Shown: positions 46,775 through 54,110 of the stretch, in pieces | Numbering within the stretch: the stretch's first letter is position 1 | Layout of the letters: the number at the start of each line of letters is the position of its first letter | From: a virus | Lineage: Duplodnaviria > Caudoviricetes | DNA length: 57,897 nucleotides | Reading direction: 5' to 3' (one strand) | IMG/VR virus record: IMGVR_UViG_3300027985_001099 | Coordinates: 1 to 57,897 of that record | Translations under genes and position numbers: made by a program | The notes under the pieces: model-generated | The model's database searches: none | Told to the model about the DNA's origin: nothing | Seen by the model: only the letters and a program-made list of their open reading frames with translations

Positions 46775-46955
46775 TACTCGCATATCCTGGCACACATACC
46801 AACGGTACCATGGCTGCAAGAGCCTGGACGAGATAGTTAAGCTCTCCTATCACTCCCGCCGCCGCTGGAGCCTACGAGGACACCGGCAGCCCATCCAAGC
46901 ACCTAGTTCACTAGCCGAGCTCGCGATTTGGCGGGCTCCATACTGAGGTACGCAT

Positions 46956-47678
46956 ATGGACATGCAAAAACTGTACAACCTCGCCCTGTACGACCACGAT
47001 CGGAACCCTGTGATCGCGTATGGTGCGCCCGGATCGGGTAAAACGAAACTGGCCATGGAAGCTGGCCTCAAATGGATTTTGCACGACAAGCGAAAAAAGC
47101 TGGTCTTATGTAACCCGGCAAAACCGTACGGGGATGAGGAAATAGGGGCGCTGCCCGGGGACCTGAACTCGAAAATGGCCCCCTGGATGGAGCCATTCTA
47201 TCAGTACCTGGAGGAAGAACTTGGGCGGTCCAGGCTGCAGGAATACCTCGATACCGGCCGGATCGTGGTTCAGCCGCTGTGCATGGTCCAGGGGCGAAAC
47301 CATGACAACTCATTTCTCGTGCTGGATGAGGCGCAAAATGCCTGCTTCATGCAGCTGGTTATGTTCCTGACCAGAGCCACGGATGCGTCCAAAGTAGTGA
47401 TCTGCGGGGACGTCAACCAAGTGGCCCCCGGATTCCTCCACTCCGGGCTGAATGAACTGATCCTGTTTGCCGCGCATACCGAGTTTTTCGTCCACACGAT
47501 CAAGTTCACGTCAGACCACGTGAAGCGCGGCAAACGCTGCCAGAAGCTGGTGCAGGCTCTCGAGGAATGGCAGGCGCTGGGCGGCCTGGATGGGTACCTA
47601 AGGCTGAAGGCCGAAAAGAACGGGTGCGCCCAGGACGGTCCCGAGTGGGCGTCAAACCCGGACACAGACTGGGATTGA
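46956..47678 (+). CDS. phoH: PhoH family ATPase
   Basis: GAPGSGKT, IGALPGDL..KMAPW, GR, LDEAQN, FLTR and CGD..Q motifs. Confidence 0.93.
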   Translation: MDMQKLYNLALYDHDRNPVIAYGAPGSGKTKLAMEAGLKWILHDKRKKLVLCNPAKPYGDEEIGALPGDLNSKMAPWMEPFYQYLEEELGRSRLQEYLDTGRIVVQPLCMVQGRNHDNSFLVLDEAQNACFMQLVMFLTRATDASKVVICGDVNQVAPGFLHSGLNELILFAAHTEFFVHTIKFTSDHVKRGKRCQKLVQALEEWQALGGLDGYLRLKAEKNGCAQDGPEWASNPDTDWD

Positions 47679-47702
47679 GTCCCGCCCGAGGGGGAACAGG
47701 CC

Positions 47703-47975
47703 ATGTTGATGTACAAATACCGCATCCGAGCCAGTATGCAGATCTACGGTCACGACGACACCCTGGCGGGAATTGTCCACAGCAGGTACCCACTTACCGA
47801 GCGGGACCTGCGGGACCACGCCATCCGGGAAGCTCCGCCAGGCTACGTGGCCTTCGGGACCCTAGACTGGACCGGCCCAATGAATGAAGAAGAACCGCAC
47901 AACGAGGACGACGAAAAATGGATAACCACCGTGGCGAGCTGGACCTCGTCGAAACTATTGTATCCGACACACTGA
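47703..47975 (+). CDS. Hypothetical protein
   Basis: ORF after phoH. Confidence 0.4.
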   Translation: MLMYKYRIRASMQIYGHDDTLAGIVHSRYPLTERDLRDHAIREAPPGYVAFGTLDWTGPMNEEEPHNEDDEKWITTVASWTSSKLLYPTH

Positions 47976-48136
47976 CCGAAGAAGGGCTGGCCAGCTATCA
48001 GCACTACTTGAAAACCCTGCGGGAGTTCCACGGGATCGCAACCCGCGAAGGTAAGCAACAGCAAGCGGGGTTTTTACTGGCGATTGCCCGATTTGGGATT
48101 GACGTGCAGTTTGGCGTCGTCCCGGAGGCCAAGTGA
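47918..48136 (+). CDS. Hypothetical protein
   Basis: GAGGA RBS. Confidence 0.4.
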   Translation: MDNHRGELDLVETIVSDTLTEEGLASYQHYLKTLREFHGIATREGKQQQAGFLLAIARFGIDVQFGVVPEAK

Positions 48137-48185
48137 CCTGGATCAACATAGAGCCACTTGGCTCATAGTTGGGGTTGCGCGCCTC

Positions 48186-48215
48186 TTGACCATAGTCAGA
48201 TGGGCAGCGTAATCT
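48186..48215 (+). promoter_or_regulatory. Candidate rep promoter
   Basis: TTGACC-N18-TAATCT about 240 nt upstream of rep, giving a long leader. Confidence 0.5.
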
Positions 48216-48228
48216 GGATTGAAGAAAT

Positions 48229-48258
48229 GAAAAAGGCCCCCCAATTGGGAGGCCTTTC
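48229..48258 (-). terminator. Terminator of the antisense RNA
   Basis: Minus strand GGCCUCCC-AAUU-GGGGGGCC-UUUUU (pairs fully, with one G-U, only on this strand). Confidence 0.7.
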
Positions 48259-48327
48259 TAGGCCAAGGTGGATTGCCGTCCCTCTTGGCCAGGTAGCGGA
48301 ACCGTGCGGGGAACAGCTACAAAGTCC
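48229..48327 (-). ncRNA. Candidate antisense copy-number control RNA (ColE2 RNAI-like, about 100 nt)
   Basis: Bounded by a minus-strand promoter and minus-strand terminator, fully complementary to the rep leader. Confidence 0.6.
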
Positions 48328-48333
48328 AGTTTC

Positions 48334-48362
48334 AGTCTATATAAGCACCGCGTAGGCTGCAA
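48334..48362 (-). promoter_or_regulatory. Antisense RNA promoter
   Basis: TTGCAG-N17-TAGACT on the minus strand. Confidence 0.6.
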
Positions 48363-48457
48363 CAAAATTCCATCCCTCGCTCAGTTTCGGCACATACCGA
48401 GGCTAAACCCGGCATCGTCGGGCCGCATAGCCTCGTACCCGAGCGAGGAACCGGGAC

Positions 48458-49441
48458 ATGGAATGCCGCTGTGCGCCGCATGGGCGCGATCAATTTATTG
48501 ACCGGTTACCCCGCCGGCCGTACTGCACCGATGACCCCGCTAGCGGGTTGGACATTCGGCCAAAACACACGGCGCTACGGTACCGGCACATCCAGCCAAA
48601 CCCACCCGCCCATGTGTCCTGCCTGGTTTTCGATATCGATCGGGATAACGGGTATTACGCCTGGAAAGATACCGGGCTACCCGAGCCGCATTGGGCGTCT
48701 GTCAATCGCAAAAATGGCCATGCGCACATCGGGTACCTGCTCGCCACGCCGGTTGTCCGCACCAATGCCGCCCGGCTGGCGCCGCTACGGTACCTAGCGG
48801 CCATTGAGTGGGTCTTGAAGCGTAGGCTTGGCGCAGACATGGGGTACGTTGGCCTCATATCAAAGAATCCCGTCCACGACGATTGGCTAACCGTATGGGC
48901 CCCCCTAGACCCGTACACTCTGGATTACCTGGCCGAGTTCTGTCCGGACTGCGAGCTGGCCGAATATGCGCAAAGGCCGAAACGCGAACACGCCGGGCTC
49001 GGGCGAAACGTTGAGCTGTTCGACAGCGTCCGGGGATGGGCATATACCGCCGTCAGAGCGTACTGGAGACCAGACGGGTATGGAGCTTGGGCAGACGCTG
49101 TGCTTGATGCCTGCCGACAGGCTAACGCCTATGGCGCCGACGTAGGGGGGCCGTTACCCGTTAACGAGGTGCGGGCCACGGCCAAGAGCATTGCGAAATG
49201 GGTCTGGCACAGGTTCACGCCGGCCGGGTTTAGCGAGGTACAAGCTAAGCGGGGGGCTAAGGGCGGTAGGGTGTCGAAACGGCCAACCCGCAGCGGAAAG
49301 ACTATGGGCGAGCTGCTGCCTGAGGTCCACCGGCTCAAGGCTTCCGGCAGCAGCACCCAGGACATAGCCGATCAGCTCAACATCAGCACCGGATCCGTCA
49401 AGCGGTACCTGCGGCAGCCTAGCGATCAAGTGGATCAATAA
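48458..49441 (+). CDS. rep: ColE2-type plasmid replication initiator (Replicase + PriCT-1 + C-terminal HTH)
   Basis: LPRRPYCTDD, HIQPN, FDIDR, N..NGHAH, D.GY.GLISKNP, GLGRN.ELFD, AKSIAKW, FSEVQAKRGAKGG and terminal HTH. Confidence 0.93.
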   Translation: MECRCAPHGRDQFIDRLPRRPYCTDDPASGLDIRPKHTALRYRHIQPNPPAHVSCLVFDIDRDNGYYAWKDTGLPEPHWASVNRKNGHAHIGYLLATPVVRTNAARLAPLRYLAAIEWVLKRRLGADMGYVGLISKNPVHDDWLTVWAPLDPYTLDYLAEFCPDCELAEYAQRPKREHAGLGRNVELFDSVRGWAYTAVRAYWRPDGYGAWADAVLDACRQANAYGADVGGPLPVNEVRATAKSIAKWVWHRFTPAGFSEVQAKRGAKGGRVSKRPTRSGKTMGELLPEVHRLKASGSSTQDIADQLNISTGSVKRYLRQPSDQVDQ

Positions 49442-49463
49442 GCCATATCAGATAACAGCGCCC
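49438..49463 (+). other. ori: ColE2-type replication origin
   Basis: ATAAGCCATATCAGATAACAGCGCCC overlapping the rep stop codon; matches the recalled ColE2-family origin core (TATCAGATAACAGCGCCC, containing the AGA primer site). Confidence 0.85.
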
Positions 49464-49593
49464 GAAGGGCGTGGCTTTTTATTTTAGGCCTTGTCTTAGA
49501 GAGGGGATCTGGCGAGGTGGGGAACTCCCGAACCCGGAGGGCTGTCCATCAGGCCCCGGCCTGTGGGCAGGGGAGTTGTCCACGGAGCGGGCT

Positions 49594-49980
49594 CTAGCTT
49601 TTGAGGTTTGCTATTCGCAGCTGGGCTTGCTTGATCTCGAACATTGTGTACCGATGGGTCCGCAGTGCAAACATACGCCGGGGCGGTTTTACCTCACGCC
49701 CCCGCAGTATCCCGGTTTCGCACCAGTACACCAGCTCCGATTCCCTTATCCCGATAACCGAGGCCGTATCCCTGGCGCTAAACTGCATCCGCACGTCCAG
49801 CATCAGCGTTTCCGCATCGAAGGTTCCGGCGGTCAGCTGCCCTAAAGCGTACGCCGCCAGGTCCTCTGCGGACTCCCCGTAGGTTGCCACTGAGAACTTA
49901 GTCACTTGCTTCCCGTCGAAAACGACGGCCCACTGGTTGACCGAGTTCAGGTAGATGTGGTTACACGCCTCTTTAGACAT
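49594..49980 (-). CDS. Putative DNA-binding protein (AP2-like N-part, winged HTH C-part)
   Basis: W...KFSVATYGE.A..LA, then FSARDTASVIGIRESELVYW. Confidence 0.5.
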   Translation of the reverse strand: MSKEACNHIYLNSVNQWAVVFDGKQVTKFSVATYGESAEDLAAYALGQLTAGTFDAETLMLDVRMQFSARDTASVIGIRESELVYWCETGILRGREVKPPRRMFALRTHRYTMFEIKQAQLRIANLKS

Positions 49981-50034
49981 AGAAAAAAAACCCCTTATAT
50001 ATACGTCTTACCGCCGAAAACCGCGCATTATTCC

Positions 50035-50062
50035 TTGCCAGGATGCCTCAATTGGCTATACT
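50035..50062 (+). promoter_or_regulatory. Sigma70-like promoter
   Basis: TTGCCA-N16-TATACT upstream of 50098. Confidence 0.55.
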
Positions 50063-50097
50063 GATACACAGGAACCACATAACACCGGAAGGCGACC

Positions 50098-50484
50098 ATG
50101 ATTGCAAGTCTTACCGAGGCCCAATTGCTTAGCTTACCCTGGGAAGTTACGGAAGTTTCCGCCACGGGGATTCGAAATCCGCACTACTGGTACAACTTCG
50201 GGGCTACCGGAAAATTCCATCTTGTGGCGAATTGCTACGGTATCCCCCTGCTGATAGTTGTCCATTGGGGGGCTAAGTCAAACCTGGTAACGCGAGACCC
50301 AATGGACAACTATCGGCTAATCGTCGATTGGTTTTGGGTAAAGGTATCGGGGTTTCAGATCGTATCCCATACGGGTACGCCGGAAGCGCTGTCCTGCGTT
50401 CCGGTTGTTATCGACAGGATATTGACGGAAAAAGTCGATTGGGAGCCTCGGGTACGGGAGTTCATAGCGTCACGTAAAGCGTAG
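50098..50484 (+). CDS. Hypothetical protein
   Basis: GAAGG RBS downstream of promoter. Confidence 0.55.
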   Translation: MIASLTEAQLLSLPWEVTEVSATGIRNPHYWYNFGATGKFHLVANCYGIPLLIVVHWGAKSNLVTRDPMDNYRLIVDWFWVKVSGFQIVSHTGTPEALSCVPVVIDRILTEKVDWEPRVREFIASRKA

Positions 50485-50556
50485 CGGTGGGCCCGCGGCT
50501 GGGCCGGTAGAGCATCAGAGGGTTATTCACGGAGCACTTACTAGAGGGGGCGGCTA

Positions 50557-50763
50557 GTGGGTACGCAAATTGATATCTCGAAGATACCTAACGGATGGAC
50601 ACTTTTTCACCTGGGTAGCCAGGTTGATCCAGGACCAGTAAGCGGCCGCAGTTGGCTAGTTGAGCTGCGAAAAAAAGACAGCAACGCCTTTGTGCAGGCA
50701 ACGTCAGAGAACCCGTCAGCCGCTCTTGATATGTGCCTAGCTCAGATCGAGCTCGCCCAGTGA
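50557..50763 (+). CDS. Hypothetical protein
   Basis: GAGGGGG RBS. Confidence 0.5.
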   Translation: MGTQIDISKIPNGWTLFHLGSQVDPGPVSGRSWLVELRKKDSNAFVQATSENPSAALDMCLAQIELAQ

Positions 50764-50788
50764 CGTAGGCGGCCCGTGGATAACACAG

Positions 50789-51076
50789 ATGATTGTTAGG
50801 TGGAAAAACGAGATGGCAATTGATGGAAGTTTTATGAAATTTATAGAGCGTCGAAAAACGACGGCATCATATAAGTTCGAAGAACTTTCGCTCTCTTGCG
50901 AAATCCACAAGCAGGAGATCGCTGAGCTCAAATCCATCATTGCCGAGTGCCGCCCCGAGGTGCTGTCCGCGCAGTTTCGGGCACAGGATGAGGCTGAGCG
51001 AACTGGAGAGGATCAGGACTACGTCGTCATCCTGCAGCAGCTGCTGGAACGCATCGACGCAGCACTGGCCAATTGA
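50789..51076 (+). CDS. Hypothetical coiled-coil protein
   Basis: LLERIDAALA C-terminus; start uncertain. Confidence 0.5.
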   Translation: MIVRWKNEMAIDGSFMKFIERRKTTASYKFEELSLSCEIHKQEIAELKSIIAECRPEVLSAQFRAQDEAERTGEDQDYVVILQQLLERIDAALAN

Positions 51077-51296
51077 TAGGGGAAAAAAGACGATGGGTTA
51101 TACATTCAAAATTGGCAATGCCGTCCCTGAGTTCAGCAAGGGGAATGGCGGTCAAGTTGAAACGCAAAGGAGTGGATGAGCGCCACATAGGCGAGATCCT
51201 GGGGATGACCAGTCTCAAAGCCATCAAGGTGTTGTATTAGGCTGATCCGGTGAGAATCAGCGACCTGATAAAACAGGCGCTTTGAGAGGAAAGGCT

Positions 51297-51506
51297 ATGC
51301 GCGACTTGGTTGATAACTGCCCTGAGGCCGATTTTGATTGCGGAGAGGGCAAGCCAAAGGCGGAAGCTCGTGGCGGTGATGTGTACGTTGGTAACAACAT
51401 GGTCATGAGATTCGATGTCATGTCGGATGACTACGCATTCACGCACGCCAGAGAATACGCGGATCGTTGGAATCAGAACGCAGCCAATCAGGCTGTTACC
51501 GAGTGA
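51297..51506 (+). CDS. Hypothetical protein
   Basis: GAGGA RBS. Confidence 0.5.
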   Translation: MRDLVDNCPEADFDCGEGKPKAEARGGDVYVGNNMVMRFDVMSDDYAFTHAREYADRWNQNAANQAVTE

Positions 51507-51518
51507 GAGGGAAAACCG

Positions 51519-52151
51519 ATGATCGTGACGATAGTTTGTAACTCCGATGTGGACGCCACGGAGCCAGAACAGCACCTATTAGGCTTTGACATCGCATCCG
51601 GTGTCCCGAAGTTCGGTGACGACGGTTACTACGCCATGTCCTTCTGTGACCGGCGTGAGCGGGCAGACTTGGAGGCGGCGCTGAGGAATCTTAGCCGGCA
51701 GGGTTACCCGGTGCGGCTACGCACCCTGGATGGCCGGGTAGGGACCCCGTCTGAGTTTGGAATCCTCTCGGAAGATACCGGCCATTCGGTAGTGGCGACG
51801 AATGAGGTGCCAGCAGATTCGCTAGTAAGCGCAATCGAGTCGCCAAAGGGTTCCGAGGTTGTCCAAAGCCTACTGCAGCCTAGAGTTGACCGATTCGAGA
51901 AGGCCATTCTGGTGCGCGGGGATGTATACTCCGAATTCGAGTTCATGGCGGAACTGCACAACACATACGGTGCTGCGAACTCCCCCGGAAGCGCCGAGGA
52001 TATTATCCGGCACGTATTATCCGCCGTGGCCGACGGCAGCCGCAGACCGGGGTCTTGGGAGCGGGAGATCCTGAGGATGCTTGGCCTCGTCGCGGATTGC
52101 GATGAGCATCAGACGTACCGGTCAAAATACGGTAAGCCCGACAGCAACTGA
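51519..52151 (+). CDS. Hypothetical protein
   Basis: GAGGG RBS; AVADGSRRPGSWERE motif. Confidence 0.6.
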   Translation: MIVTIVCNSDVDATEPEQHLLGFDIASGVPKFGDDGYYAMSFCDRRERADLEAALRNLSRQGYPVRLRTLDGRVGTPSEFGILSEDTGHSVVATNEVPADSLVSAIESPKGSEVVQSLLQPRVDRFEKAILVRGDVYSEFEFMAELHNTYGAANSPGSAEDIIRHVLSAVADGSRRPGSWEREILRMLGLVADCDEHQTYRSKYGKPDSN

Positions 52152-52165
52152 ACAGAGGTGGGTAT

Positions 52166-52492
52166 ATGTTTGGCAATTTCGAAATCGAAACCGAAGCGGA
52201 CTCCGCAGAAAACCGCGCACGCCGCGCCCAGCAGGACGAGGCAAAAAGGCAGTTCCTCATTGGCCTAGAGCAGCTAACCCGGCGGACAGGCATTGTGATC
52301 GGAGGCTGCGGGTGCTGCGGAAGCCCGTACCTGAGGCCCCTTGAGGACGAGGAACGCGGAGACGAGGCCGGGTACACCATGCCAGGTAACTATGCCTTAG
52401 AAGACCTCGAGGTAATGTGGGTTAGCCAGGCGGACACGCGTGAGTGGGATAGACATAAATCCAAAATAGTTAAGCCGGTGAGCCCAAGTTAA
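52166..52492 (+). CDS. Hypothetical protein with GGCGCCGSP motif
   Basis: GAGGT RBS; L..LTRRTGIVIGGCGCCGSPYL. Confidence 0.6.
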   Translation: MFGNFEIETEADSAENRARRAQQDEAKRQFLIGLEQLTRRTGIVIGGCGCCGSPYLRPLEDEERGDEAGYTMPGNYALEDLEVMWVSQADTREWDRHKSKIVKPVSPS

Positions 52493-52502
52493 GGGGAAAA
52501 TC

Positions 52503-52679
52503 ATGCCGAATACAGAGCAAAAATCCATGCCAGATGAGCACGTAGAAGAACACCGCTGTGTTTTGTGCGGCGGGCCAAACGACATGGGCGAGTTATGCGC
52601 AACATGCGCAGAGGGCAATGACCCATTCGGTACTGACCTGGAAGCGGCTGGCGGCTGGATGGTTCAAGACGGAAGGTAA
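52503..52679 (+). CDS. Small C4 zinc-finger protein (58 aa)
   Basis: AAGGGG RBS; CVLCG...LCATC; below ORF-track cutoff. Confidence 0.45.
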   Translation: MPNTEQKSMPDEHVEEHRCVLCGGPNDMGELCATCAEGNDPFGTDLEAAGGWMVQDGR

Positions 52680-52766
52680 AGTTAAGACGGCGCATCGTCG
52701 GGAATTGGCTGATTTGTCAACCGGCCATCGTCGTGGATCTGTGATTTTGTCAACTGGAGGTGAACC

Positions 52767-52979
52767 ATGCTTGAAAAATTGTATAGCAAGCTGACCAAGT
52801 CCGAATCGTTGGACTGGCTCAAACGCAACGATCCAGAGTACGACTGGGAGAGCCAAGGGTGTTCTGCATCAGAGTTGCGTGAAGTCATTGGCGACAACCT
52901 GCAGTCATTCGGAGTAGAGGCACAGTCACCAGGCCTGCGGGTACGATTTCCACGCCGCGGCTGCTATCAGAACTGTTAA
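52767..52979 (+). CDS. Hypothetical protein
   Basis: GGAGGT RBS. Confidence 0.5.
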   Translation: MLEKLYSKLTKSESLDWLKRNDPEYDWESQGCSASELREVIGDNLQSFGVEAQSPGLRVRFPRRGCYQNC

Positions 52980-52997
52980 GGGGAAAAGGAGAGGATC

Positions 52998-53210
52998 ATG
53001 GGTGTTGTTGCCAATATCAAGCACGACAGCTTCCCGAAACAGGGAAGCCGTTTGGGGAAACGGGTTAATGTGGTGTTCCACTATGACACCGATCATGTCG
53101 TTCAGGGGGAGTGTGTGAGGGACGACGCTGACGAACCAGGGGAGACGATTTTCCGCCTGGACGATGGCCGCTATGTGCGGGCCACTGAGTGCCAGTACAC
53201 CTTGGCCTAA
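52998..53210 (+). CDS. Conserved phage hypothetical protein
   Basis: MG...NI..D.FPKQG..LG.RV.V.FHYD...VRDD..EP..TI.RLDDGRYV.ATECQY. Confidence 0.7.
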   Translation: MGVVANIKHDSFPKQGSRLGKRVNVVFHYDTDHVVQGECVRDDADEPGETIFRLDDGRYVRATECQYTLA

Positions 53211-53303
53211 CTGTTAAAGGGAAAATTATGCAACTGACAGCAGAGGGCCAGGTTGCTGTGGTGACCTAGAGAAAATCCAGGAATGCCTGTACCAGTGCCG
53301 CCG

Positions 53304-53795
53304 CTAGTACGTCTCGCACACGAACCGCTCTGTACTGCGTCGGTCTACTAGGCCTATGCAGTTATTGAGCCGGATACGACAGTCGCGGCCTCCAGCGTAC
53401 ATCCACCGGTCAAACTCGGCGCACGACCCCGACCGGTCGTATGCGTTGGCCTTGCGGAGCATCGTAGACGTTCGGAACTTCCGGGCTCCGATGTTGAACA
53501 CAAAGCTGGCGTACGCGGCCCGCTGCCCATCAGTCATCGGCGCAGTTACCAGGGAGTCTACTGCACGTAGCGCTATGCCAAGGTCTTGGCTAAGCAATAA
53601 GGCGCATTCAGCGTCTGATAGTCGCATACCAAGCTTAACCCCGCCTGTATGGCCCGTGCAGATTGTTGGTATCCCTATAGGGTCTAGATACGCCTCGTTG
53701 ACAGTGCCCTCGTACGCCGGCACAAACACCAACAGCATGGATAGGGCCCCGCCGGCGGCGACTGCGGCAATGGACCGTTTTAACGCGGCGCTCAT
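53304..53795 (-). CDS. SAR endolysin, GH24 lysozyme
   Basis: Ala/Gly-rich N-terminal SAR segment; E-x8-D-x5-T triad (EGTVNEAYLDPIGIPT); SFVFNIG; GLVDRR. Confidence 0.92.
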   Translation of the reverse strand: MSAALKRSIAAVAAGGALSMLLVFVPAYEGTVNEAYLDPIGIPTICTGHTGGVKLGMRLSDAECALLLSQDLGIALRAVDSLVTAPMTDGQRAAYASFVFNIGARKFRTSTMLRKANAYDRSGSCAEFDRWMYAGGRDCRIRLNNCIGLVDRRSTERFVCETY

Positions 53796-54025
53796 GGCTC
53801 ATCGTCGGGCTGCACCGACCCACTCTGCACCGACCCACTCCGCCACATGCGCCAGTACTTGAATAGCAGGTACCCAATCTGCAGGCAAATGTACACCAGG
53901 GTTGCGATCTTGATTAGATCGTCAAGCGGCATACCAGCCCACATTGCGCCGGATACTACCACTGGCGGCGTCGCCTTTCCGGCCTCGGCAAAAAGCTCAG
54001 TTCTCATATGCAATTCCTTTTGCAT
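53792..54025 (-). CDS. Holin (T7-like family)
   Basis: KATPPVVVSGA...ATLVYICLQIGYLLFKYWR; directly upstream of endolysin; possible second start at Met7. Confidence 0.8.
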   Translation of the reverse strand: MQKELHMRTELFAEAGKATPPVVVSGAMWAGMPLDDLIKIATLVYICLQIGYLLFKYWRMWRSGSVQSGSVQPDDEP

Positions 54026-54110
54026 AGGTGTTCCGTCCCTTCAGTGGGCCATCGGCCTATTGGTTACTCCAAGTAAACCGGGGACACCCGGCCATTGTAT
54101 ACCAATATCG

